From Pocillopora damicornis (Eukaryota): a stretch of DNA of 63,584 nucleotides. The notes under the pieces are model-generated. The model had not been told where the DNA came from and searched no databases. It saw nothing but the letters and a program-made list of their open reading frames with translations. Location of the stretch: the NCBI RefSeq assembly GCF_003704095.1, contig NW_020844827.1:248001-311584 (forward strand). The letters run 5' to 3'. A program made the position numbers and the translations under genes. Of this stretch, positions 36,592-54,210 are shown piece after piece. Position 1 is the first letter of the stretch; every line of letters starts with the position of its first letter.

Positions 36592-38476
36592 TGTGATTCT
36601 CATTATGTTAAATTTTCTGCCATTATCCTGAATTTTCAATGATACTCAGATTGAGATCAGATTCCCCCAAAGGAAAGAAAAACCCTCTAAAATGTGTCTT
36701 GTTGCCAAAGTGTGGCTTCAGAGGTTATTTGGCAGATGCATCCAAATAGTATTTAGAAGGCATGGGTTTGAATCCTGTCAAAGCTTCATTTTTTTTTCAG
36801 GCTCTTTTTCTGCATTTTCCAACACTGTAGATCACCTGTGAGGATATACTCCCATTATCCAAGTTGAATCTTATTTAACTGATTGTAAATTGTGATTCTT
36901 CTAACCCTCCATCATAGATAGATGCTAATTATCTCAGTCATTGTAAAATTGTATGTATTGTTTATAATTTTTTTTTTTTCTTTTGGGTTTAGATGGTTCA
37001 AGGTTTTGGAATTGGTATGCTCTTAAAAAGGTTTAGTGAATTTTCCCTTCTAATTCTGGCTGTTCTTATTTCTGGGTGTGCCTTTGTTTTGATGGTAGGT
37101 TCCCTTAGATATACATTCCTTTAATCATTGTTTTTTTTAACCATGACATAAATGTTTAGAGAAGTATATGTTACTTCAGAGAATTTTGATAGTACCTGGT
37201 AAAACATATCACTAAGTTGTGCCTATAAAAGCTGTCAAAATACAGACAAGTAAAATAAAAATTAGTAAAAATACTAACTTTTTATTAACAGAGTGTGAGG
37301 GCCACACTAGGGAATATTGGCCTGAGATAGTGACAGTACTATAACACAAAAAACACAGGGCCAATATTCCTAAGTGTACCTTGGGCAAGCAAGATTAGTA
37401 AAAAGTTAATTATGTGGCACTCAGACAAAACTTGTATAATTTGAATTTGCCAACTTTGGTGACCAAAAATACACAACGTATGACCATTTCCATAGAAACG
37501 GTTTGTATTGCAAAATTCTGATTGAGTAGGATCCAATCAAAATGCTTGGATTCACCTTGATACTATCTTGCCAAATAATACATAAATCTTATAAGACAAC
37601 TTTTTTTGATGGGTTAAGTATTGCTGAGTATTTTTACAAATTGTGCCTTTTTTTGATGAGCCCATAGGGTGAGTCAAAATACAAACTACGTGTAGAAATA
37701 CTCAGTGATACTGCACACCAAAATGTATAATAAGTTACTTATTATCCAAGTTTTTCTGTTCATTTCTCATAAGGTGGGAGAAGCAAATTAAAGCAGATAG
37801 AACAGCGTAGCATGCACAGCTGACTGGTTTAACCCTTTAACTCCCAGATCAAATTTGTAATTCTCCTTACTGTCAACCATACAATTCTTATGATGTTAGC
37901 TCAGAGAATTTAGTATTGGATCAACCAATTATCCCCAAAATATTGACATTTTTCTTTATTCTTATCACTTAACTGGTTGACATTGTATTGATATTGTAAG
38001 GAGAAATTCTGATTTGGTCACCCTTGGGAGTTAAAGGGTTAACAGGTTTTTTTTACAGTACAAAATAACCAACTGTACAGATAACCATACAATACCGCAT
38101 GATGTTTTTACTTAATCCTCTGGTTATTTGTACTCTACTAAGTGCAGTTAGCTGATAAAAACCAATATTTTCTCTCTTTTTATTGCAGTATTTTGCCACA
38201 CATACACTTTCGTACATTGCTTCACAAGTGATCTTGGTAATAGGATTCTCCATAGCACGAACAATGACAACTTCCATGGCAACCAAAGCTGTCAGCAGAC
38301 ACGACACTGGGCTACTCTTAGGACTTTGTGCAACATCTGAAGCACTCATGAGAACATTAGCCCCTGGAATTGGAACTTTTATGTTGTTACATTATGGCTT
38401 GGCATCACTTGGAGCACTGGGAAGTGCTATTGAGTTTGGCATGGCTATTATACTACTGGCCAAGAAACAAATTTAA
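33921..38476 (+). CDS. SLC22A18-like MFS transporter, paralog 2 (exon 2 not visible, probably in gap 34403-34502)
   Basis: Exons 33921-34067, 35598-35636, 35845-36048, 36194-36402, 36993-37094 and 38189-38476. Peptides GLQMVMTDTSDKAGRAAALGKLGLAFSLGIMAGPLIGG and TGLLLGLCATSEALMRTLAPGIG. Intron positions parallel paralog 1. Confidence 0.75.
35150..35350. mobile_element. Fold-back repeat with minimal hammerhead-like core on the minus strand
   Basis: The minus strand of ~35262-35300 reads CUGAUGA-AGGGC-UAAU-GCUU-GAAACGUC-AGC. Confidence 0.6.
37833..38038. mobile_element. Full-length piggyBac-like MITE with TTAA TSD (second subfamily)
   Basis: TTAA|CCCTTTAACTCCCA ... TGGGAGTTAAAGGG|TTAA. Confidence 0.9.
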
Positions 38477-39546
38477 GGCCTGAATCAAATAAACATGAAA
38501 AGACAAGCTTTTTAAACAGAACCATCCTCCCTAAAGGATAATTTTGATTATTAACCCTTAAACTCCCATGTGTGACCAAGACAGAATTTCTCCTTACAAT
38601 ACCAATACCATGTCAAGTAGACAAGTGATGAGAATTATATAGAGGGTCAACTTTGTTCCCAAGGTCTCTCTTCCTAGGGAGGGGTAGAGGAGACACCCAA
38701 GGGAACAACCCTTTTAAGTGCAATGAAATAGTGGACCTCTTTATTAAAACAAAAAGGATTTCAGAAGTAACATGTAGTACTAGGCAAATTAAAGGTACAA
38801 ACATATTGGAGGAAAGTATCATTTTATTAATTTACATCAAGTGACATAACTTACCGGTATATTTTACAAAAAAAAAAAAAAGACTGATTTTACAGATGTT
38901 GTGTGATATTATATAACAATGCTTGTGAGAAGGCAATAAATTAAAGATATGTTACAGATCCAACCAGAGTGATTCTTTTAAATTTTCAAGGGCAGAAAAA
39001 TTTAACAATAAACTTGAAAATCATACAAGACATATTTTAATAGCAGGTTGGAATTTATTCCCCCAAGTTATAAAAAAAGGAATTGACAAAATATATTAAA
39101 TATTTAAACTAAACATCAAAGGTGATAACTAACAGTACTTTTAATTCGATGCTATGCATAAATCAAGTATCACTGTTCAGAACACCTTTTATCATTTGAT
39201 ATCATAAACTTGAATTCTTTTGGTTGATTTATGGAGTTTGTGTATGATACCTGCTGTTAGGGTCAAGCAGATAAATATTAATTTCATCACTATGGTAATC
39301 ATAAAGTATTACTCATAAAATTATATTAATTTATTTTTGTTTGAGAAGCTATGTTACATGCGAGTCCAACAACATAAATATAACAGCAAAAAATAGTCAC
39401 ACCATGTTTGTAAAAGTATGCACTATTTCACAAATAATTTTCATGANNNNNNNNNNNNNNNNNNNNNNNNNNNNNNNNNNNNNNNNNNNNNNNNNNNNNN
39501 NNNNNNNNNNNNNNNNNNNNNNNNNNNNNNNNNNNNNNNNNNNNNN

Positions 39547-42298
<2,752 letters not shown>

Positions 42299-43739
42299 CT
42301 AACAAGACCTCTGCCACTGTTTAAAACGGTGAGCGAGCTAAGAAAGAAACTGCAATCAAATCACTGTCACGATCGGCGGTAATAAATCAATAAGCTTACG
42401 TTGCCAGTAACTTTTTTCAGCGATCCTATGAGCGTGTCACTGGAATAACCAGTTCGTCTGACTCCAGAATTCTCCTCTTAGTTTTCCTCTCACGTCGGCT
42501 AATCCTTGTGCGCATATTTCACATGGAATAGCAAAGGTTCGTCCGGCCATTTCTCATGAAAGGAGCATCAAAAATCCACAATGGTACATGCAATATTCAC
42601 TGGTCTAAGACTATTGATGTGCAAAGTAGCTTGCTAATTTCCAAGGCAACGAATTCATGCTTTGTTTTCAGAATTTTCTAGAAGGGCTCTAATAGACAAG
42701 CTGCCCACTGTCTGAAAAACTTCATAAAAAAAGAGTCTCCTGAAGTGCAATAATTATTTTTGGAGCTGTTTTTTCCTTAAATTTGTTCAAAGTAAACTAC
42801 GTGATCTCTCACTACGTCGAGAGGTCATTCGTTCCAGTCCACGGTCATCCTCTTTGTGCTTCACCGACTCGAAAAAAGTAGGTCTGCAATTAAACAAACA
42901 GACAAACAATCTTTTGACCTTTTATGGCCCAGGGTCTGAATATTAAGCGTCTCCTTTGGTTTTCATTTATTTCACATGATTTGAGCTTTGAGAATATTTT
43001 GGTACAAAATGCAAATACTTGATAAGCACCACCAACTGAGCTTTGTATTAAAAACAGCAGAACCAAAACCTGAAAATGAATTTTAGGTAGGTGTGTTTTC
43101 TCATTGCCAGTTCTACTAAGTCTTCCACCTCTAGGTGCTATTATAAACTTCCCTACAAACTAGGTTATAGAATTTGGTGTTCAAATTAAAGTAATGTAAT
43201 GGATCCACTGTGCTGCATTTTAAACAGTGAGACGAGTGCTCAAAATTGCTCTTACCTTGAGACAGTCTTCACCCTTTGACTCCAAAGAGTGGCTACCATC
43301 TCATTTCCCCTTACAATATTACCCCAGAATCACACATTCAGGTCATGAGAATAAAGAAAAAGATCACCAACTTGATTGTTAAACAAATTCTCCTTATCCG
43401 CACCTTAGGAAAGGTATAAAGAACAGTATGGAGAATATGCATGGAAAGGATTAAAAGTAACACAAATAATTGTCACTCATGAGTTAACACAATTCAAACT
43501 GACCATTTAAATTTATTTGACCAGCTATTACTAGTATGTTCCTGTTTATTGCAGTCACTGAATAAAATTCACACCAAAAAAAAAAATTCCCAAAGTTATG
43601 CTTTATACTACAAAACAATTCACCTTGCTAATTTTTTTTACCAATACAATGCACACAACAAGTATTTAGTATATACACTTATTCTGTGCTGTAGGCTTTC
43701 AAATAAATTATATTTATCAGTGATTTCTAGCATCTATCA

Positions 43740-44051
43740 GAAGAGTTAACTCATAATCATGGCTCAATGCTTAAGCTGATTGGAACATTTAACACCATGA
43801 ATGAGCTAAAGTTATTCTCTTCTGTCTAATAAATGAAGAGTTAACTTTTTTCGACTACTCATAATCATGGCTCAATGCTTAAGCTGATTGGAACATTTAA
43901 CCCCATGAATGAGCTAAAGTTATTCTCTTCTGTCTAATAAATGAAGAGTTCACTTTTTATGACTACTCATAATCATGGCTCAATGCTTAAGCTCGTGGGA
44001 ACATTTAACACCATGAATGAGCTAAAGTTATTCTCCTCTGTCTAATAAATG
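43740..44051. repeat. 108-bp tandem repeat, ~3 copies
   Basis: ctcataatcatggctcaatgcttaagct recurs at 43750, 43858 and 43966. Confidence 0.9.
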
Positions 44052-44622
44052 GTCTTTCCTTAATGTATAATGATCTAATTGTAGGTTTGTCAATAAATAG
44101 GATAAAATAGAATTACAATAAAATTGTAAACATGTCACAATTTTTTTCACTTGATCTCCCTTCAAAAGAGTTCTGAGTTGACACAAATTAATATTAAAAA
44201 AAGAAATTTATACTTGATGTTAGGCATATTTTTTAACAATTATCACCAGGAAGTAAATTAAGAAAAGTTCTAATAAAGAATCCATGATTTGAACAAGAGG
44301 AACTACAGTACAACAATTTGCCACAACAGCATGCACTGTTAGACACCTACTGTCCAATTATGCAGACATGACATGTACTCTGTCCACCTACACTGTCCCA
44401 CTAAAAGCATGATGCATCCCATTAGAGCTCAAATCGGGCAAGTGATAACCAATCATGTTTGAGAATTTTGTTGTAGTTTTGATTAACAGAAAAGTTGGAT
44501 AGGAAAAAGAAAAAAAAAATTAACAAAGATTATCATAACTTGCATTGGGCACATATTAACACAATCAAGTGAGCCATTCTCTTCTTTGGCTCGCCATTTT
44601 TTTTTTCTCTCAGCCACCTTAA

Positions 44623-44783
44623 CCCTTTAACTCTCTTAAGATTTCATTAGTAATTCTCCTTACTGTCTGCCATACAATTCTCCTGATGTTAGTTTGGAGA
44701 ATTTGGAATTAGATCAACCAATAAGCCCCTAATTGATATTTTTCTTCATTCTCATCACTTGTCTGCTTGTGGGACTTAAAGGG
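44623..44783. mobile_element. Internally deleted TTAA-type MITE
   Basis: TTAA|CCCTTTAACTC ... GGGACTTAAAGGG|TTAA. Confidence 0.8.
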
Positions 44784-45552
44784 TTAAGGCCAATTTGTTT
44801 TAGGCCATTACATTTGGTGCTCTACCTGTAATTTTCACACTTCCACTGTCAAGATTTAAATATGAATTGTCCAAAATATTTCCTTTATATTTCCAGGGTT
44901 GTCATTAGGAAATGGGATAGATTTAAAATCTGAACTGACTAAAAGGCTCAATTGAACAATGCTTGCATAGCAAACATGGTATGTCACAAAGCGGAGGAGG
45001 GGGGGTTATTTAGTATTATCAAATGAGTGGATAATGTACATTGGCCACCGTGAAGAGATTCAAAGCCCATATTTTAAGCAATAGTGCTTTGTCAGAGCCA
45101 ATGTTGGCCAATTTATGTTATCAACTCAGTTGATAAGACTAAATTACCTTGTTATAATCTCCTACTGATGCAGCACCACAGTTTCTTAAGAAACTTCCCC
45201 CCCCCTCCTTACTTCTAGGGGGGTCTGGTTGCACCCTCTTCCTGGAAAAAAATTGCAATTTCAAACTCTCCCAAGACGTGGGACATGATTATGTCCATAC
45301 TGGGACACAACTGACAGCTAGCATTCCACCGCCTCCTAGTTTCTAATGACAACTCTGTATGTTTTATAATTTTTAGCTCTAGGAATTTGGTTGTTACATC
45401 AAATAATATTACCTACTTGATATTTTCACTCTTAGCTTCACCTTTCTTCTCGAAAGTGTAATGACATTTTAAGCTAAAAATTTCTCTTTTAACTCGTGGT
45501 GATTGAGTAGGTTAAATCCTGTACAAAAACAGTTACATACAGCTCCGATTTC

Positions 45553-48500
45553 TTATGATCTAGGTAGCGAAGAACTTTTCCTGTCTCCTGCTTTAGCATC
45601 AGAACTTTCTTTGCCAACTTCTTGAAACTTATTTTCCTTCTTGTTAAACTCAAGTTCTATGTAAGCAGCTGGCTTGTTGCGCTCTCTGCCAGCTCTGTGG
45701 GGCACTTGTGGGGAACGTGATGCATCGCTTCTGCCACGTGGGCGATCATTCTGGGGAAAGTTTAGCTCGAGATAGTTGACAGTGTCTCCCTTATGAAAAT
45801 CTTTAGCAGAATGAATGTCTGGCAAGACAGTTGGTAGTGAGTGTCTTTTCTTTACCTCATCACTATGTATTTTCTGATCATTGGACTCCTGTGGACTATC
45901 AGAGCCACCATCTTGTGACGAATTGCTGCTGTCGTCATTGCCCTTAGCTTTAAGAGAATCCAAGTCTATTTCGGCGTATTCTGTGTGACCTGTTGAGTGT
46001 GTGTCGCAGTAACGGTAATCAGAGAATGGTTTCACCGTGCAAACAACTAGCTCTGGGCTTCCCTTGATTATTTCACTTATCTCCGAAACAGTGCGGCCGC
46101 CAACTTCAATCCCATTGATATCAAGGATTTGGTCTCCTGTATTAAGGGAGATGAAATAGAGTTATAAAAAAGAAGGTAAATTTTGAGCTACATTTTTAGA
46201 CACTTTTGTTAGGATACCTGTCTCTTCTCTAGGTGCTACACATTTCCATGTAATTTCATTTGAAGGATTTGGTGTTAGATCAACAGAACAACTTCTACCT
46301 GATAAGTTTGAGTATTCTGATTAACTGTTTGTGAGAAAATGGATGACTATTAAAGGGAGAAAATAGATTTTAATCACTTCTGGGAGTTTAAGGGAGAAAA
46401 TAGGTAAAATTAATTTAATTTGTCACGAGATGACAACCTGAGATGATAACCAGAGATGTCAACCTTTAAAATATGAAATGTAGGGATGGTTACCACTTTT
46501 GATAACATCCCTCCCCCATTAATTTCTTGAGCCCTTTTTCCTACACTCTCTCTGCAAAATGGAGTTTCTAAAATTAACACCATACTCCAAAATTGATGAA
46601 GGAAAATTACCAAATATGTGCTGGAGAACCAAACATGTTTTTCATGCAGGTCAAATTTATTTGATCTCCCCTTTCAAAAAAAAAATTATCTAAATTTATT
46701 GTTATTTAAGAAATTTGTCAGGAAACGAAGCAGGAGAGCAAGAGATTAATTTAGTATCTGCTCTATTTGACAGGCATAAAAACCTGTTATGTATTCATAT
46801 CTAACAAATTGATGGTTTTTTAATTGCTACATGCCAAACTATTAGGAACAAAATGTCCTAATATGACAGAAACCAATTTAAAAAAACAAGCACAATTTGA
46901 CAATAATATTTTGAAGTACAGCAAACATCACCATTATGAATTATATCTCAAGAAACTGAAAGTTCTAGAATTGTTATCAGATGATTCCTTCTAACAAAAA
47001 AAAACCGCCTTTGTTCCTTGTTGAGTCATGCATTTCACTTCCTCTCTAATTGTTTAAAAATGAGTCGAAAATCTTTTAAATTTAACCTGAAACTCGAAAG
47101 AGCAATTAAAATTGCGGTATCAGCGGAGGTAAGGGAGTTTGAATTTATGCCATGTTGAACAAATAAATGTAATATCATATCTTGAAAAACGAATTTTAGT
47201 TCATAATAAGTTATTGGACTCATGCAGATGTTCTGACGTAAAAAATGTAATAAAGGCGAAGCAATTTCTTCCCTTTAGAAAGTAAAAATGGGAAAAGGTG
47301 AACTTCCCTTAAAAAAACAGCAATTTTTTAAATAAAATTCCACTTTTTTTACTACACTAAACCGTTATCAATATCTTCTAGTCACAAAAGCCGCTGAAGA
47401 TTTGGTCGAATTTTTTTTTCCTTCGACGACAAAACAATGGATATTGATAAATGATGCAAACAGCTCGCGTGAATTTCGTGCAGTACGTCAATTTGCATAC
47501 GGAAATTAGCAGGTCTTGAACAGATGTAAAGTCGCTTTATGTCGCTTCTGAATAAGATATTAAAAGATTTACTAATTAGTCGAAAAGAACAATACCTAAA
47601 ATTCGTCTAAATCTTAACTCTTGTGAGATACAGGCTGTAGTGAACTAAAACTGACAGAAAACCACGTTAGATGGTAAATTGTTGCCACTTTGAAAACTTA
47701 CTGTGGTGACACGGAACAAAAATTTAAACAATTTAACAAAATTCTGTTCCAAATAAACAAAACACCTGTACTCCCTAAGAGTGATGTGGTCCTAATACAT
47801 GGAATAAATTTAATTCTGTTCATGAATTTTGTACGTTTTGTTCATCGCACAAAATTTGTGGATATTAACACCGATGTCTTCGTAAATTTTAACCGCAAGG
47901 GCAATTTATGTTGCTAGGATTAATTTATCTATGAAATTAGGCCCCACATTCAACAGAAAATTAGCGCTTTCTTGGTGTTTATCTGCCGCCAATTCTCAAG
48001 AGATCAGATGCTATCCGAATAAACAGTAGACGGCATGAAAAGAACCATGACATTACATCCTCCTGCAGAAGATTATGTTATAAAGTTCAGGTTACTAGTA
48101 AACATCACTGATCAAACTTTTAATTAAGACATAGAAGCTTTACATACCCGGCCTTAGGATGCCAGAAGTCGAAACAGGCCCATCCTCGAGAATTCTGTTG
48201 ACAAGGATAACTCCACCGACATTTTTAATTGTACAACCGAGCCCCTGTCCTTTCTCTCTCTGGATGGTTATCCGTTTGAGTCCTCCAGTTAGTTTGGTGC
48301 TTTTTCTTCTTATTGGATCGTTTTCCTCTTCGTTGAGCTCGTTCTCTTTAGCTATCTGTACTGATCGCATCCACATTTCTCTGTCCAGCTCAGAACTACA
48401 ACTGAAGCTGAAGAAAGGCTTCCCCTCTACGATCAAATTAAAACAGTGTTTGCGCTTCTTACTCTCGCACTTCTCTATGGATTCAATGTCCATCAGGAAG

Positions 48501-48676
48501 ATCCTTGCTTCCGCAGTTCGTCCTCTTTTCTGGTCGTCTTCCTTCTTGAAAGTGCACAGCATCTGTCGGTTCAAAACTACAAACCGAGGACGCCATTGCT
48601 TCAGCAAGCTGGTCTTTTTATGAAGGATCCCCTCTTTGATGACTCTTTTCTTCATCTTCATATTCCTTTCTGCCAT
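45553..48676 (-). CDS. PH + PDZ domain adaptor protein with tyrosine-motif tail
   Basis: Exons 48148-48676 and 45553-46136. PH domain: IKEGILHKK..WRPRFVVL..REMWMRSV. PDZ domain: REKGQGLGCTI..VNRILEDGPVSTSGILRPGDQILDING, spliced at PG|D. Confidence 0.85.
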
Positions 48677-50054
48677 GATACTGTTTTGCCGACCAATTTA
48701 TCAAACTCTAATCGGACAAAACAACGCTAAGAATGCTAGCCATTCTTGGCAATGAAGGTGTTTAGCAGCTTTGCTCTTGCTATATCATACCAGCTGTTAC
48801 GCGCCCTCGGAGCTACCCACGTAATCCTTCACCTCTTCATTTGACATTTAAGGCACTTGGACTCGTGATACACGTACTTCGAATTAGGTTTGGCCTCCTT
48901 ACTGTGTACCGCCAGAAAATTCTTAAAAACAAACTTGTTTGCAGACAAATACGCGATCGGCGCTAGCCTAAAGTCATTTGTTCTCTTCCTGCCGGGCCCG
49001 CTGATGACGACTTCCGTTTCGCTCTTACGACCGTTTTAGAGCCTTAAAAGGGTAGAAAGCCACGTGACTCACAACCGTTACCATCGGCATATGACGTCGT
49101 GATCGGATGATGCTCGGTATCGATTCGTTAAGCCCCCGCATTCTTGCACGAAGTTGAGTGTTGATAATTTCCGTTAAGCCAATTAACCCATATCATATCT
49201 TCGACGGACATATTTTCCACCTTTATTATGGCGAGTTAAAAGACACGTCAAAATGATCCCCATGATAAACAAAAGCTAAATTCAGAAAAAAATTATTTGC
49301 TAACAATTATCTCAACCATGGTATGGGCATCTCCCTTTTCAACATATTCCCTACAACTGAGGATAGGATGTCTACCCCCACTTCATGCTGTTTGAGTACA
49401 AGACAGTCTGCATAATTTACATTGTTGATTAGATTCCTGAAAAAACAAACTGAAACACACCTTCCTAGGGCAGGTTTAAAAACATTTGAATTCATCCTGC
49501 TGATCATTTGACAGCTAAGACGTAGAACCATTCTTATAGAAACCAAACGACTCCTCAAAACTCACTTTTATCAAAATATACACCATCATCACACACGCAC
49601 ACACTAGTCTAAAGCATCGGCTTTTCCAATCTTAACCCTTGAGTAGCAGGTCAATTACTCTCTATTGGATGATACAGACAAGAAAGCAGCTGAAACTTCA
49701 GACAGCCACATTGCATGAATCTTTTAGATGTAAACAGCTCAAAAGACTGATCAAATCATCAGAGCTGTGATCCCTTTAGTCCAAACAAGGAATGGAAGGC
49801 TCTACTTAACGCAGCCAGTTTGGAGTTTGAATCTACAGAAAGTAATTATGATACATTTGTTTGACCAGCCAAAACACGTCAGAAAAAGCTCTGTCTTTCT
49901 TCCCTCTTCAGAACTATGGTACATCCTAAAACATTTAACAAAGTCAGCCTGTGTACCAAACATTAAAACATATACATAAATGACAGTAACTAATAAAACA
50001 AAACAAAGCCCCTTTATCAGAAACACTTTAATTCACATTTTCTACAACATTTAT

Positions 50055-51204
<1,150 letters not shown>

Positions 51205-51947
51205 CTGGAGGAGGAAACATGTTTGAGATTAACTTCTCTCTACAAGCTTTGGTAAGCAAGTAAGGAACACAGGAATTAATGTAAGTGACACACAATGGAC
51301 AAAAGCCAAGACGATATACGGTACATCAGCCTTAGAGTTGTTCTCAATTGAAAAACCAAACCCAGAGTTATCAGCCAATCCATGCTATGGTCGATATCAT
51401 TGTTAGCCAGTGAAAACTCTAGGTAAAAACACACCAGCTGCGTTAAACGCGGAGAAATGAAAGTGACCAAATCACGAACAAGTTTTGAATCTGATTGGTT
51501 GAGAGGGTCACACAAGTCTTCTGGACCAATCACAGAGCACATTTATCACAACTAAAGCACTTGTGGATCACTTTTGACAACCAATTAAAAGCTGCTCAAA
51601 AATTTATTTCAGTAATTTGTTAAGAAAATTTGGCAGGCATTTAATGTTGAAGATTTTATGAATTTAAGAATACAAACTTCACTTTTTCACTGTTAACAAA
51701 TAAATTGAACTGATGACATGACAGTCTGGTCTATACAGCCTGCTCACTGGCTCGTTGCATGGAACTTTCTTGAGCAAGATTGCCGTATAACACCAAACTT
51801 CATTGTTCACACAGTTGTTTGATATAAGAAAACCACAGCAAAAATGATGCCCTTGGGTTTAGGCTTCCGTTTTAGAATAGTATGGTTCATATAGAACTAT
51901 AGCTACAACATACTGAAGGGACTTATATAAACTTAAAGATGCCTTAA

Positions 51948-52148
51948 CCCTTTAACCCCCAAGATCTCATCAATAATTCTCTTTACTGTCTGCCATACAG
52001 TTCTTATGATGTTACTTTGGAGAATTCGGTATTGGATCAACAAATAATCCCCTAATTACTATTTTTCTTTATTCTCATCATTTGTCTGCTTGATATTGTA
52101 TTGACATTGTGAGGAGAAATTGTCTTGGTCACTCATGGAGGTAAAGGG
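51948..52148. mobile_element. Full-length TTAA-type MITE
   Basis: TTAA|CCCTTTAACCCC ... GGAGGTAAAGGG|TTAA. Confidence 0.85.
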
Positions 52149-52502
52149 TTAACACTGTTTATGTCACTTATATCAGTTGCAAGGTTTTAAAAGGTATCAC
52201 TTAGACAACATAATACATGTCAGTTGATTAGCCCTTTAACTCCCAGAGGTGATGAACATGTAACTTCTCTCTTTAATATCCATACATTATCCAACAGACA
52301 GGTAGTGAGAATACTCAAACTTTTCAGGTAGAAGTTGTGATTTTGATCTAACACCAAATTATTGTCACTAAGTTACAATGAAATGTGAAGCAGCNNNNNN
52401 NNNNNNNNNNNNNNNNNNNNNNNNNNNNNNNNNNNNNNNNNNNNNNNNNNNNNNNNNNNNNNNNNNNNNNNNNNNNNNNNNNNNNNNNNNNNNNATACAC
52501 AC

Positions 52503-53894
52503 CAGTTATTTCCTGATCCAGACACATCAGTTATTGACTGTTGACAGTCAAATACGTCACGTAATGGACCTTTGAGAATCTCATTTACAACACCTTCCTC
52601 CATATCGATAACAACTGCCTAATTAAAGCCAAAAAGACATGGAAGTTATTTCACAAATTCTTAGCCAAGTGCTCTGAGAAGGCCTCAAAGATAAATTCTG
52701 GGAAGGAGCTTGACAAAATGAAATTACAGATTTATACGACAATACACCTTGGAAGTTCAAAATTACTACTATGAAGACACAAAGGCATGAAGAAGTCAAG
52801 CACCATTGACCCTTTCACTCTCAAGATCTTTCAAGTAATTCTCCTTACTGTCTCTCATACAATTCTTATGATACTGGTACAGATAATTTGGTATTGGATC
52901 AGTTAGCCTCTGGTTACACACCATTACTGAAATTTGAAACCAACAGAGAAGATCTTTACTATAATATTCTATAGAAGTGTATCAGGTGATGTACTCTGGC
53001 TTATAATAATCTACATACCCTTGCTTTTAATGATTTTATCTTCTGCTTTGCATTTCCCAATGGAATATCAACTGGATTTTTGTACCTAAAAAATGCAAAA
53101 AATACTAGCTGAAACAATTACTCTTTGAATTCATGTTTTTTCCTTTGCAACATAAACAAAACACATTTTGCTTGGCATACCTTGTATCAACATTACGAAA
53201 GAAACTGTTGAGAGATTCATCAAATAATCCATTCTAGAACAAAAACATAAACAGCCAGTATTTCAATGAAAATTAACATTAAACTGTTAATGTGGTTTTT
53301 GACTTCTATAAAAATTGCAGTGTACCTTATTTGTGCTGGCGTGTTCTCTCAAAGCCAAATCCCAAAATCGGCAACCAATCTAATTAGAGAGGGTGTTAAA
53401 TAAGGATAATGACATAGATACTCATTGAATTTCACTTGTTTTAATTAATAAGGACAAAAAATGAAACGAAAAAAACCAGAAACAATAAAAACACAAAACA
53501 CAAAAACAAACAAACAAATTTAAGTTTCAAGTTTACTACCTCTCGCTAATCAAGGCAAGGGGTATAAAATATTCTTTAAATATTACAATTACAAGGTCGA
53601 AGCCTTAAAAGAGCAGATAAAATGTATATCAAATAGCTCAGCAAATTTGAAAAGGGTAAAAAATTAGAAATTGCTGTCTGCAACGTACAAAAAATAGAGA
53701 AAAATACAAAAAAACCACACGCAATAGTTAATAACACAGAAATTTTCAAAAATCTATTAAAAAAAATTTGTCATAATGGGATAATGGGATCATACCAGAA
53801 GAAGAATTCTCTCACACGGTTCTAATAATTAAATACAGTAAACAAAAACACAAATTTAAGGTTGAGGAACTCACTTGGTTTCCACATTGTCCCA
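52503..53894 (-). CDS. TUBE1: Epsilon-tubulin, five 5' exons (opposite strand to the 3' half)
   Basis: Exons 53875-53894, 53326-53379, 53181-53233, 53019-53085 and 52503-52618 give GQCGNQIGCRFWDLALREHA...FFRNVDTR...SLKARAVVIDMEEGVVNEILKGPLRDVFD..SGSGNNW. Confidence 0.9.
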
Positions 53895-54210
53895 CTGAAA
53901 AAAAAAACGGAAAATAATAAAANNNNNNNNNNNNNNNNNNNNNNNNNNNNNNNNNNNNNNNNNNNNNNNNNNNNNNNNNNNNNNNNNNNNNNNNNNNNNN
54001 NNNNNNNNNNNNNNNNNNNNNNTCAAGCAGACAAGGAATGAGAACATAGAAAAATATCAGTTAGGTAATAATAAGTTAACCAAATTCCCCCAACTAACAT
54101 CTTGAGAATTGTATGGCAGATAGTTAGGAACATTGCTAAAGAGATCTTGGGATTAAAATGTTTTACTCTCACCAGCTGATCATTTTGTCATTTTCTTTTT
54201 CCCTTTTCAG

